Assembly: GCA_008690995.1 (NCBI GenBank)
Contig: VRMN01000010.1
Coordinates: 372,001-436,000, forward strand
Source of the DNA: Porphyridium purpureum
Taxonomy: Eukaryota
Length of the DNA stretch: 64,000 nucleotides
Reading direction: 5' to 3'
The notes below the pieces were generated by a model. The model did no database searches. It was not told where the DNA came from and saw nothing but the letters and a program-made list of their open reading frames with translations. The number at the start of each line of letters is the position of its first letter. Position 1 is the stretch's first letter. Below, one piece after another: positions 40,381-50,263 of this stretch. A program made the translations under genes and the position numbers.

Positions 40381-41688
40381 CTAGAGGTAAAGACCCGCAG
40401 GAACGTCCTGCGTTTTGCGGAACATCGTGCTTTCAAAGCCCTTCTTAAAATCCTCGTGCACGACTTTCATTCGGCGCTCCCGAAGCGCCATAAGCCCTGC
40501 CTCGCTGCAGATCGCCTTGATATCTGCACCACTGATCGACGCCTTGGACATCACAAACTCCTCCAAGTTGACGTCCTTGTCGAGAGTCATTTTGCTCGTG
40601 TGAATATTAAAAATGCGCCGCTTGGTCTTTTCGTCCGGTAGAGGAAACTCGATCTTGCGGTCAATACGGCCAGGACGAAGCAGCGCCGGGTCCAATGTTT
40701 CAATGCGGTTCGTGGCAAGCAGCACCTTGACATCACCGCGGGAGTCAAAGCCGTCGAGCTGATTGAGCAGCTCCAACATGGTGCGCTGAATCTCGCGCTC
40801 ACCACCAGACGTCGCCTCGTACCGCTTGGTCCCGATCGCGTCAATCTCATCAATGAATACAATCGACGGCGCAGACTCCTCGGCAACTCGGAAGAGCTCC
40901 CGGACCAACTTGGGCCCATCGCCCAAGTATTTTTGAATCAGCTCGGAGCCTACCACACGCAGGAATGTGGCCGCGGTACTATTTGCCACTGCCTTGGCCA
41001 GGAGGGTCTTGCCGGTTCCGGGTTCACCGTACAAAATGACCCCCTTTGGAGGCCGGATCCCAATATCTTCGTACAGTTCTGGATGCGTAAGGGGCAGCTC
41101 GACGGCCTCCTTGATTTCCTGGATCTGGTCCTCCAGCCCTCCCACGTCGGCGTAACTCTCCAGCGGCGCCTTATCTACCTTCATCACTGACACCATGGGG
41201 TCCGCGTCGTCGGACAGAATGCCGATCACGCTCATCACCTTGTTGTGCAGCAGCACTGACGAGCCTGGCTCGAGCTGATCCTTATCAACAAACGAGCAGA
41301 TACTCACGTAGTACTCAGGCCCGATCGCGCTAGATACAATCGCATGGTTATCGTCGACGATCTCCTCCAGCGTCCCCACGCCCATGGGCGTGCCGCGGAT
41401 CTCATCCACCTTGGCGCGCTCCTCCTCCGCGCGCTCCTCACTGGGCTTGATCTTTTCCTGATTCGAGATATACTCCTCCTCCAGCAGCAGATAATCCTTC
41501 ACGCGCTCCAGCTTCAGCTGCCTCAGCTTACACCGCGTGCTCGGCGTCACGGTGGGCAACTTGGTGTCTGGCTCGCCGCCACGTCTCTTCTTCTTCTTCC
41601 CCACGCGCGACGGCGCCGGCGGCGGCTCATACTTCTTGCGCTCTTTCTTCTTCCCGCCGTCGCCCTGCTGCGACTGATTCTGCCCCAT
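40381..41688 (-). CDS. RPT2: 26S proteasome AAA-ATPase subunit RPT2
   Basis: MGQ start, GEPGTGKT Walker A, IVFIDEID Walker B and C-terminal HbYX tail (GLYL). Confidence 0.98.
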   Translation of the reverse strand: MGQNQSQQGDGGKKKERKKYEPPPAPSRVGKKKKRRGGEPDTKLPTVTPSTRCKLRQLKLERVKDYLLLEEEYISNQEKIKPSEERAEEERAKVDEIRGTPMGVGTLEEIVDDNHAIVSSAIGPEYYVSICSFVDKDQLEPGSSVLLHNKVMSVIGILSDDADPMVSVMKVDKAPLESYADVGGLEDQIQEIKEAVELPLTHPELYEDIGIRPPKGVILYGEPGTGKTLLAKAVANSTAATFLRVVGSELIQKYLGDGPKLVRELFRVAEESAPSIVFIDEIDAIGTKRYEATSGGEREIQRTMLELLNQLDGFDSRGDVKVLLATNRIETLDPALLRPGRIDRKIEFPLPDEKTKRRIFNIHTSKMTLDKDVNLEEFVMSKASISGADIKAICSEAGLMALRERRMKVVHEDFKKGFESTMFRKTQDVPAGLYL

Positions 41689-41889
41689 CCTCCTCCACAA
41701 CCTCCCTCTCCAACCACCCGCGTCCCACTCCCCACACTCTCCAAACTTTTGCTCTCCCCCCTCCCTCTCCCTGTCCTCTCTCGACTCCCCTTCTCCCTCT
41801 ATTTCCAACTTGCCAGCAATAACTTACTCCACCAAACCTAGCGCAAGTGAATTATTATATTTCAATTTCCGCCTCTCACAGCCATCAAT

Positions 41890-41963
41890 GTCTCCTTAGC
41901 TCAGTTGGTTAGAGCACCGTGCTAATAACGCGGGGGTCAGCGGTTCGAGCCCGCTAGGGGATA
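41890..41963 (+). tRNA. tRNA-Ile (anticodon AAT)
   Basis: Cloverleaf: acceptor GTCTCCT/AGGGGAT, D arm GCTCAGTTGGTTAGAGC, anticodon arm CCGTG-CTAATAA-CGCGG, T arm AGCGG-TTCGAGC-CCGCT. A T-run follows about 30 bp downstream. Confidence 0.95.
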
Positions 41964-42380
41964 CTTCGGCGGGGAAGCCCAGGAGGTTTATTTTCTTTTG
42001 CACTTTTCAAGCTCGTTGCACACGTGCTTGCGTGCAATCTTGCATTGTGAGGAGGATGACTTTGTGTCTGGTCTAGTCTTCTCTTTTTCGTCCGCCACCA
42101 GCTCAACCAATCTCAGGCACGCAGATTCGTGTTCTAGTGAACATTGTTCGTGGGTTGTGGAGACAAGGCATCTTCGAAGAATATTGCAGCTGGTTGTAGG
42201 ATGCTGACGATGCCAAACACTCCTGAAGATGGTAATCAGGTTGTTGCTTGATGTGCAAATAACCGAGAGTTTTATTTCGCTGATGTTGCGCGTTTGGTCT
42301 GTGCGCCATCTGCGCGTCCTTCTGCGTGCGGGTCTCTCTGAGTTTCGTCATTGGGAGTTGATCAGCCGAAGACGTCAATC

Positions 42381-43349
42381 TCACCGCGGGGAACGGGAGG
42401 TGGACATTTCTTTCGAGGTCGAGGTCTTGGCGGTGGCTTTGGTCTGTTCATGCTCATGAATAAAAGATTCCGTGTATTCACGCAGAGACCGCACCAGCGA
42501 ACGAATGTCTTCTGCCGTGAAAAGGCGAGTCTGATCCACAGATGGACGCGGTTGGTTGGCCGCCTCTGTCTCCTGCTGCCGCTGCTCTAGCGCTTTGATT
42601 TTCTCCTTGGCTACTTGAAGCTCGCTTTCTAATTCGTTCACTCTTAAGACATGCGCACAAGTGTGCTCGCTGCCGCACGACACGGATTCTGGCTGCGGCT
42701 GCGGCCTTGGCGGCACTTTTCGAACCTTTGCGGCTCCGTGGTCGCTCCCCTCCGCGTCCGAGGGTCCGGCGGGATGGGTTCGTTTCGGCCTTGATGAGGA
42801 CCCTCCATCTCGCTTGGTCAGCGGAGTGGGCGTTCTTAGATCCTCGCCCACGCGGTCCGCGTGGACTTTTCGCAAGTGCACTTTCAGTGACTTGGTGCTT
42901 CCTCCGCCTTTTGCACTGCAATCCAGAACATACCATCCTTGTTCAAGTTCTGTACAATAAATACATCGCACATACACCCCACCGCATGTCCCTTCAAACC
43001 GCTGACAATGATCCCAAACCCACCCAGTCGCCATTGCGGGCTTCCCCGTGAGTCTCGCATCTTTCAACTGCTTTCCCATAACTGCGTATCTGAGCAAATC
43101 TGCGGCGCCAAACCTTGGCCACTGCTGCGGCGATTCCCGTTGCTGTTGTTGTTGATGTTGCTGTTGCTGCTGTTGCAGTTGTTGCTGCTGTTGCAGTTGT
43201 TGTTGTTGTTGTTGTTGTTGTTGCTGTTGCTGCTGCTGCTGTTGCTGCTGCTGTTGTTGCTGCCTTCTGCCAACCGCACCAACATCCACATTCCCATCTT
43301 TGCCTCGCTCATGCCCAACAGCGCTCTTCCCTCCATCTTTCTCTGCCAT
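42381..43349 (-). CDS. PolyQ protein with BED-type zinc finger and short coiled coil
   Basis: WVWDH..CIYC..STKSLKVHLRKVH pattern; about 40-residue Gln tract. Confidence 0.75.
   Translation of the reverse strand: MAEKDGGKSAVGHERGKDGNVDVGAVGRRQQQQQQQQQQQQQQQQQQQQQQLQQQQQLQQQQQQHQQQQQRESPQQWPRFGAADLLRYAVMGKQLKDARLTGKPAMATGWVWDHCQRFEGTCGGVYVRCIYCTELEQGWYVLDCSAKGGGSTKSLKVHLRKVHADRVGEDLRTPTPLTKRDGGSSSRPKRTHPAGPSDAEGSDHGAAKVRKVPPRPQPQPESVSCGSEHTCAHVLRVNELESELQVAKEKIKALEQRQQETEAANQPRPSVDQTRLFTAEDIRSLVRSLREYTESFIHEHEQTKATAKTSTSKEMSTSRSPR
43140..43263. repeat. Coding CAG/CAA trinucleotide repeat (polyQ)
   Basis: TTG/CTG run on the + strand. Confidence 0.95.
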
Positions 43350-44280
43350 ACCATGCCACGTCTCGCGTGTCCTTCCTACCTCTCTCCCCGCACTTCCACA
43401 GCCTTGACACCCAGTTCAAACAAAACCGCTCCACACCACAAACGCAACTTTCTCACGACCCAATCCCATCCAATTCTCGCTCCCAGCTAGATTCCGATTG
43501 TTCCTGGCACCTCAATCACGGTTCGCGAGACGCGGCAGAGTACGCAAGACACCCGCCGCTTCGTCAAATGCCACTCCACAATTCACCTCATCAACTCCAC
43601 ACCACACACGCACGCACGCACGCACGCCGCGTACTCTACGGCACCCAACTCTCCTCACCTCTTTCACTCGCACTCACGCAGCTGCTCAAAATCTCGGCGT
43701 TGTTTAAACCATTCTTTAAGCACTTATTTAACTCATTGTTTATCCCTTTTTTCACGATTCATCGGTTGCCACAACATCTCACACAAAAAGACTATCAAAA
43801 CGCACGCCAATTGTTGCAAAAATAACATTGCTATAAAAGCAAATCTGTTTTGATATGCATTCTCATCTGCCCCGGGAACCTCCAAAGAAACCAATAAACC
43901 GCTTTTCGCTTTCTATCTAAAATGCGGCCAATTTAATAGTCTTTCGCTCGTGCTGTCGGTCTAAACCGAATTATCCGTTAATAGGAAAAGGATGAGGTAC
44001 AGTGTGTGAAGAGATGAGTAGTGTACAGTATTTAATCTGAGTGGGAGCCTGTCAATTTTCAAAAATTTGAAATGTGGCGTTTGGTTTGATGTCTTTGGGC
44101 GTGAGGGAGAAGGGAAGAGGAACAGCAGCAGGTGGAGAGGCGGGAGGTTTTGCGACGGGAAGGAAGCGGCGCGTGGAGAAGTGCGGCGTGCAAGTTCCTT
44201 TCTTGGCATTCAAGGGGAGCAGAAGGATTCAAAGTGCTCCAACGTGTTGAAAGGGTTTCGATAGGAGCGAATGATCGACG

Positions 44281-47200
44281 ATGAGTGCGTTTGAAGATTC
44301 GTGGAATCGTCGCGCGTTGACGTCGGAAGAGACCATGTCGCGTGATCAGTTGGAGGAGTACTTGGGAATTACAGATAAGCCGTTTGATGTGATTGAGAAT
44401 GGATCGTATAAGCAGCAGCAGGAGTGGATGCGAAAGAAGGAAAGCGATAATTTGACCTTGCGCGTAGAGAATGCGCGTCTTAAGAAAGAGCTGGAAGAAC
44501 GCGACCAGGCGGCAGCAGCAGCGCCAGCAGCAGGCGGGAAAGTTGTAGCTGTGGCGACACAGTTGATGGATCCCTCGAACGCTGAGGCGATGGATCGCGA
44601 CGTGGCCGACCTCACAACTAAACTTGAAGAGGCGCAACGGGAGCTGCATGACAGAAACGAGCTCCATCGACTGTATTCCGAGCAAATGGAAGACCTGCGG
44701 GAGCTGGAGGACAGAGAGGACGAGTTGAGACATCAGCTTGTGGAGTATGTAGAAAGAAATCAGGCTCTAGAGGACCAGCTCAGCAGCGTGCTCAATGACA
44801 GGGACGACGCATGCGCCATGTACTCTCAAAAGGAGCGGGAACTTCAAGACATACACGTTCAGTATGACCAACTCAAGAGAGAGTTTGAAGTGCAGGCTGA
44901 AAATTATGTTGTGATTCACGAGCAGCTTGACAAAGCGCGGGCTGAACGAGATGACGCTCGTGCGCAATGTTCGGAAAGGGAAAGAGAAGCAGAGCAGACA
45001 AAAATTGAGCACATTCAGCTTACGCAGCAACTCACCGATCAAGTTCAGCACTCGCAGGCTCTTCAGGAGCAGCTCAAAGGTATCTCGAGTGAAAGAGATG
45101 AAATTCAATCGCGGTTGGCAGAAAAGGACGAACAAGTGGAGCATGCCAAGCGCCTGGAAGAACAGCTGAGGACTGAGCTAAAGGAGCAGATGGAATGGAA
45201 TAAGGCTACTCAAGATCAGCTGAAAGAGGTGTCGTGCAAGAGAGATGAGGCAGCAAAGATTTGCTCATCCAAGGATGACGAAATCGAAAGCCTCATATCG
45301 AGAGCAAGTGAGTACACCATGAAGCAAGAAGAACAAGCGAAAGAAATTGAGAGTCTCCGTGATCAGCTTCAGTGCGCACTGGCAGCCCAGGACAATGCCC
45401 GTGCCCTTTCTTTGGCAAAGGAAGAAGATTTGGATCAGAGCGAAAGTGAGCTGAACAACGTGAAACATCAACTGGCGGAAGAGACAGATAGCAGGCTGTC
45501 GTTGCAGGGACAGCTTGATAGCGCCTTGGCGACTGTTGAGAAGTTTCAGACACAATGGTCAACAAGTACGGAGCGTTTGGAAAAAGCTGAAAACGATCAC
45601 GAGCAGCTCGAACGTGAGCTCGTGGCAAAGGCCAAAGTAATCGAGAACTTGCAAAAGCTGCGGGATGATGCACTATTTGAGCAAGAAAATCTCAAAGGAC
45701 AGCTGTCGGAGCACATGAACAACCATGAGAGTGCGCAGCATCAGCTTCAAACCGCCCTTGCTGCAAACGACGACGCTTTCGCCCTGTCGATAAGACGAGG
45801 GGAGGAACGAGAACAAACGCTTGTGAAGGAGCTGGCGGGCTTCCAAGAGCGAGACATTGATATTGGCGCTGCTCTTTCTGCAAAGGACGCAGCCATTGCA
45901 GCTGCGCGCATCGAGTGCAAGCTTATTGAAGACAATTGCGCAGAGCTGAGGCACAGGAATGAGGAGCTGCAGGTCGAGCTGCAGGATATACAAATCCAAC
46001 TGCAAGGGGAACGCGACATGTACGCTCGTGCGCTTGACCAGGAAAGGCAAAGAGCCGAAGAGATGAATGAGAGGCTGCTGGATGCTCGCAAGGAAAATGA
46101 CGAGCTGCAAGTCCTGCGCGCTGCGGAATTGGAAGCAGCAGATCTGCAGGCGAAAGAGATGCAAGAAAAGCTAACTCAGCTTGAAAAGCATTGCTGCAGG
46201 TTGTCGGCCCAGGCACAGGAGATGAGCACTGACGCTACGGCGCAGCAGGAATATATTGCTCGTCTCAAAGAGCGAGTTTCCACCCTGGAGAGTGAAGCCC
46301 AATCTCTGTGTGCAGAGAATGCTGGTCTGCGGGCAAAACTTGAGGAACTCACAGATGTTGTGCAAGATGATTCAAGCGGACATCCTACAGGCAATGAAGT
46401 GTCTCGGGATTCCAAGATTCAGCAGCTTCAGCAGGCGCTTGACGAGAAGGAAGAGCTGTTCAGCAGCATGGAGGATGCGTTGGCGACGCAAAAAGAGCGC
46501 TGTGAAGAACTTCATGATAAAGTGGCCGAGGCAGAAGCAACCATCCAAGCCATGCAGGATTCGTTGGACGCCCAACACGACCTTGCTTGGGAGACTGAGA
46601 AAGAGAAGCAGCATGAGATTTCAATACTGCGCGCATCGTTGGAGGAAAAAGTGGATCAATATGGCGGTCTTTCCAAGAAGCACGAAGAATCGGAGAATCG
46701 CGTCTTTTGTTTGGAACGCACGCTCGCCTCGTTGCAGGCTGACTTGAGCAGCTCGGAAGAATCGAGATTCACGCTCGAGAGCGAGCTGTCTCGTGCCCGA
46801 GCGCGTGTGCAAGAGCTCTTATCATCCGCGCAAGATGCCGCCATGGCGTCGCAGGTCGTTGGGACTCTGACACAAAAACTTCTCGCGGAGGAAGCGGCAA
46901 GTCGCCGACTCCAAAGCGACCTTGACAAATTGACGAAACGCCTCAGTGAGTCGCAGGATGCACGAACGAGTCTGCCAAGCCAGCCAGCCGAGCTCCCAAC
47001 CTCCATGGACGAGCCGTGGAAGTCGATTTTGGCGGCTCTGAGCCGTCGCGTGGACGAAGTTGAGGTGAGTATGGGACAGGAGTACTGGGCCGTGCTGGCG
47101 TTGCGTCAAATGGAGAGCCACGCGTACGAGTACTTTGAAGTCCTACGAGCCGCAGTAGTGCGTATCAACGAAATGCTTGACAAGCATGCAGCGCGGCAGT

Positions 47201-47340
47201 TGTCGCATGGGACAAAGGCTAAGAAGGGCAGCCGTAAGGTGCACAGACCGCGCGCGCTCCAACATCAACCTGAAAACCAGTCAGAAAACCACCCAGACAA
47301 GCTCCACGTGTCTGCTGGAAACTGGTCAGCAATCATGTAA
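44281..47340 (+). CDS. Long coiled-coil protein of unknown function
   Basis: 1019-aa ORF, E/Q/L/K-rich heptads throughout, no catalytic motif seen. Confidence 0.9.
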   Translation: MSAFEDSWNRRALTSEETMSRDQLEEYLGITDKPFDVIENGSYKQQQEWMRKKESDNLTLRVENARLKKELEERDQAAAAAPAAGGKVVAVATQLMDPSNAEAMDRDVADLTTKLEEAQRELHDRNELHRLYSEQMEDLRELEDREDELRHQLVEYVERNQALEDQLSSVLNDRDDACAMYSQKERELQDIHVQYDQLKREFEVQAENYVVIHEQLDKARAERDDARAQCSEREREAEQTKIEHIQLTQQLTDQVQHSQALQEQLKGISSERDEIQSRLAEKDEQVEHAKRLEEQLRTELKEQMEWNKATQDQLKEVSCKRDEAAKICSSKDDEIESLISRASEYTMKQEEQAKEIESLRDQLQCALAAQDNARALSLAKEEDLDQSESELNNVKHQLAEETDSRLSLQGQLDSALATVEKFQTQWSTSTERLEKAENDHEQLERELVAKAKVIENLQKLRDDALFEQENLKGQLSEHMNNHESAQHQLQTALAANDDAFALSIRRGEEREQTLVKELAGFQERDIDIGAALSAKDAAIAAARIECKLIEDNCAELRHRNEELQVELQDIQIQLQGERDMYARALDQERQRAEEMNERLLDARKENDELQVLRAAELEAADLQAKEMQEKLTQLEKHCCRLSAQAQEMSTDATAQQEYIARLKERVSTLESEAQSLCAENAGLRAKLEELTDVVQDDSSGHPTGNEVSRDSKIQQLQQALDEKEELFSSMEDALATQKERCEELHDKVAEAEATIQAMQDSLDAQHDLAWETEKEKQHEISILRASLEEKVDQYGGLSKKHEESENRVFCLERTLASLQADLSSSEESRFTLESELSRARARVQELLSSAQDAAMASQVVGTLTQKLLAEEAASRRLQSDLDKLTKRLSESQDARTSLPSQPAELPTSMDEPWKSILAALSRRVDEVEVSMGQEYWAVLALRQMESHAYEYFEVLRAAVVRINEMLDKHAARQLSHGTKAKKGSRKVHRPRALQHQPENQSENHPDKLHVSAGNWSAIM

Positions 47341-47433
47341 AGTCGCACGAAATAAAGGAAGCATTCTGTCCTGACAGCGAGCGACAAGTGTTTGTGGAAG
47401 AAGGTTGACGATTCTTGCGCGCCGCTTGCGAAC

Positions 47434-47877
47434 ATGTTGAAGCTGTGTTTGCTCGCTCCAGCGCCAGAGACCGACCTGCGCGCGCTCAAGACGCGCAGCG
47501 CAGGGCACTCGTACCTGCTTGCGCCAGACGGGGTGGCGGATGCATGTGACCCGCCAAAAGATGGCACCGCGCCCGTGTTCGGAGTCAGTGCGGCGCGGCT
47601 CGCAGAGGTGGTCAAGGCAGTGATGGCGGAAGAGACAAACACGGTGTGCAAGAGCGACAGGGAGGAGGGTGGGAAGCGCGTAAGCAGCTACGTGTGCCGG
47701 ACAAAACTCATAGGATATCCTGACTTGCTGATGTTTGAGGTGATTCCAGTCGACGACGCAAATGCGACGCTGGCAATCTACAGCCGTAGCGTGTACGGCT
47801 TTGGCGACTGGGGAGTGAACAAGGCGCGCGTTGACCGCCTCGTGGATTTGATAGGAAAGCGCTTGACGCCCGCGTAA
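47434..47877 (+). CDS. DUF1499-like protein
   Basis: RTKLIGYPD and YSRSVYGFGDWGVNKARV, matching the SxSxxGxxDxGxNxxR signature. Confidence 0.8.
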   Translation: MLKLCLLAPAPETDLRALKTRSAGHSYLLAPDGVADACDPPKDGTAPVFGVSAARLAEVVKAVMAEETNTVCKSDREEGGKRVSSYVCRTKLIGYPDLLMFEVIPVDDANATLAIYSRSVYGFGDWGVNKARVDRLVDLIGKRLTPA

Positions 47878-47989
47878 AAGCTTAGGAGCAGGCCGCATGC
47901 AGAGCAGACGAGGCGTCGGTTCGTCGCTGCCTTCCCCGTTTTTCGTCGGTGTGTGGGTTAGTTGGTCGGCTAGTTAAAGACGTAAATGT

Positions 47990-49021
47990 TTACGGCACGT
48001 GGAGGAGCGTTGCTGATTGTTGTATGCGCTCGTGCCATTCGCGCACAAGTTCACTTACGCGGGCTGAGCGACACCAAGAGTAGAACGACTTGTGCACCGG
48101 CAAGCGCATGCCGAGCTGAAATCCGCGCACAGCCAGAGCATTGGACAATGAGCTCATCGAAGGAAACGCGTACAATGGATTAACTTCATCCCGAACAATC
48201 CCAAGTCCACCCAAATCTGATGCGCCGAGCTCCACGCACTGGACAATCTGGCCCAGGTCCATCAGATTGGCAGGTACCTGGATTGCAACACTCTCTGGCA
48301 GCAACGCGCGTGCCAAGCGCACAGTTTCGAACAGGTATTCGGCGTCAATCTCGGACATGCGCGGCGTCATTGGACTGCGTTGGTCCGCGCTTGAGGTTTC
48401 TGCGCGCGAAGACTGCCCCGGCTGGAACGGCTGCAGGATAATTTCTTGGATATGAGAATACTCTCTGTGCACTTGAGCTATGTATTGCAGCGAGTCTCGC
48501 GTGTCGCGTTCGCGGTGCTCACCTATATTCAGCAGTAAACCTGTGGTGAACGGAACACGCAGCTTACCCGCCTGCTCGAGCTGTTGTTTCCGCAAAGCGA
48601 CATCTTTGCTGGGAGCGCGAAAATGCGGACCGCCCTTCAGCTGCAGCGCAGGACTTGTTGACTCCAGCATAAGCCCCATACTGGCATTCACGTGTGCCAA
48701 CTGGTCCATTTCGGCCCAGCTGAGCGGACCGACATTTGTGTGCGGCAACATGCCATGCTTCAGAGCCTGATCACAAACATTCAGCACGGTCTTGAACCAC
48801 GATTCACGTTGTGCAGAGCGCGGATGCACCTCACCGCTCAACACCAAAATCTCGCACACGTCTTGCGCCCGTGCCGCGCGCAGCTCGGCGGCTACCGCAT
48901 CGGCGCCGATCAATGCGAGAGCGCCGTCCTGCCGGAACGTGCAGTACGTGCACCGATTGAAGCAGAAGTACGTCGGCACAACAGTGTGAGCGACAGAGTA
49001 GCTCACCACGGCCCTTGCCAT
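47990..49021 (-). CDS. cofG: FO (deazaflavin) synthase subunit CofG, radical SAM
   Basis: VSYS..PTYFCFNRCTYCTFR (CxxxCxxC), LPHTNVG, SMGLMLE, PFTTGLL, HIQEIILQ and DEVNP motifs. Confidence 0.9.
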   Translation of the reverse strand: MARAVVSYSVAHTVVPTYFCFNRCTYCTFRQDGALALIGADAVAAELRAARAQDVCEILVLSGEVHPRSAQRESWFKTVLNVCDQALKHGMLPHTNVGPLSWAEMDQLAHVNASMGLMLESTSPALQLKGGPHFRAPSKDVALRKQQLEQAGKLRVPFTTGLLLNIGEHRERDTRDSLQYIAQVHREYSHIQEIILQPFQPGQSSRAETSSADQRSPMTPRMSEIDAEYLFETVRLARALLPESVAIQVPANLMDLGQIVQCVELGASDLGGLGIVRDEVNPLYAFPSMSSLSNALAVRGFQLGMRLPVHKSFYSWCRSARVSELVREWHERIQQSATLLHVP

Positions 49022-49237
49022 CACTCCAGGAGCGCCGGGGCTCGGCGGAGGTCGAGGTAGCGCCCCGGCTGTCACGCGCTGCGGTCCCGAACGCCCTTTG
49101 AAGACGGTTGCTGGTGTTGCTCTGCCGTGCGATCACGTGCGCACGAGGCCGAGCGCAACTGCGAGCGAGTCAGAGCCAGAGTTCGATCAACGGGAGAGAG
49201 TGTGAGACGGAGGTTGAGCTTGCCTGAGTGGGTCGGT

Positions 49238-50263
49238 ATGGAGAATCAGGGACCGAATCAGCCGGCAAAGCGCGTCAAACGCAACGAGCGACCGGAAAGC
49301 GTAGCCGAAATGATGTCGGCGGCGTGGAATGGGCAAGCACATGAGCTGATGCGTCTCCTCGACTGCGGACTGTGTGCGAATCTGCGCAATGAGAAAGGAC
49401 AGACGCCGTTGCTGCTGGCCGCGTCGCAGGAGAACGAGGATTGCGTGCGCCTGCTGATCGCACGCGGCGCTGATGTGAACGCGGCAGATCCGGACGGAAG
49501 CACGGCGCTCATTCTCGCGGCTCAGAACGGTAATGATGATCTAGCGCGGCTACTGGTCCAGCACGGTGCCAAAGTGAATGCCTCGAACCAATTGGGCGTG
49601 ACAGTCTTGATGTGCGCGGCAGCATGGGGGCGTGAATCATGCGTGCAAAAGCTCCTGTGGTGCGGCGCGGATGTGAACCCTACAGATGACCATGGATCCA
49701 GCGCGCTTATGTATGCCGCGGAAGCTGCGAGCGCCGAGGCGGTTAGCGTGCTTGTTTACCATGGAGCGAACGTGGCAGGAATCAATGCGTATGGGTGCAA
49801 TGCTCTTCACTTTGTGGCCAAATCATCGCCGTTGGAATCGAGTGCGCGCGTCGCGGATACAGCCAGGGATTGGAGCGTCTTAAACACTGTCCATATGCTT
49901 GCTAGACACCGTGTGTCATTTAACGCAGCGGACGAGAATGGGAATACTCCGCTCGACTATTTCGCTCTGCATGAAACCCGTTCGGCGCAGCAAGCATCGG
50001 ATGTGTTTGAACTTCTGGTGCTCGATGGCGCCGACATCAACCGCAACGCAGAGAACAAGAACAGGGTGACGGCTTTGATGCTGCTTTTGAGGCGAGACCA
50101 AAGTGAAGATTTTTTGGCTGCCCACAGTGTTGAAGCCACGCTGGTGCTAAATGCCGGTCGGCTCAATCGCGCGCATGTCTCGCGCTCACTCACGGAATGG
50201 CCCCTGCGGAGAAGTGAGGATCGTCTTGGAAACACTGCGTCAAATAACGAGATTATGTCTTGA
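49238..50263 (+). CDS. Ankyrin-repeat protein with NLS-like N-terminus
   Basis: Repeated GxTPL/TAL..LL..GADVN units; PAKRVKR near the start. Confidence 0.92.
   Translation: MENQGPNQPAKRVKRNERPESVAEMMSAAWNGQAHELMRLLDCGLCANLRNEKGQTPLLLAASQENEDCVRLLIARGADVNAADPDGSTALILAAQNGNDDLARLLVQHGAKVNASNQLGVTVLMCAAAWGRESCVQKLLWCGADVNPTDDHGSSALMYAAEAASAEAVSVLVYHGANVAGINAYGCNALHFVAKSSPLESSARVADTARDWSVLNTVHMLARHRVSFNAADENGNTPLDYFALHETRSAQQASDVFELLVLDGADINRNAENKNRVTALMLLLRRDQSEDFLAAHSVEATLVLNAGRLNRAHVSRSLTEWPLRRSEDRLGNTASNNEIMS

Noticed and set aside
42939..43825. Poly-Leu and poly-Val/Ala ORFs on the + strand
   Set aside because: They are antisense readings of the polyQ repeat.
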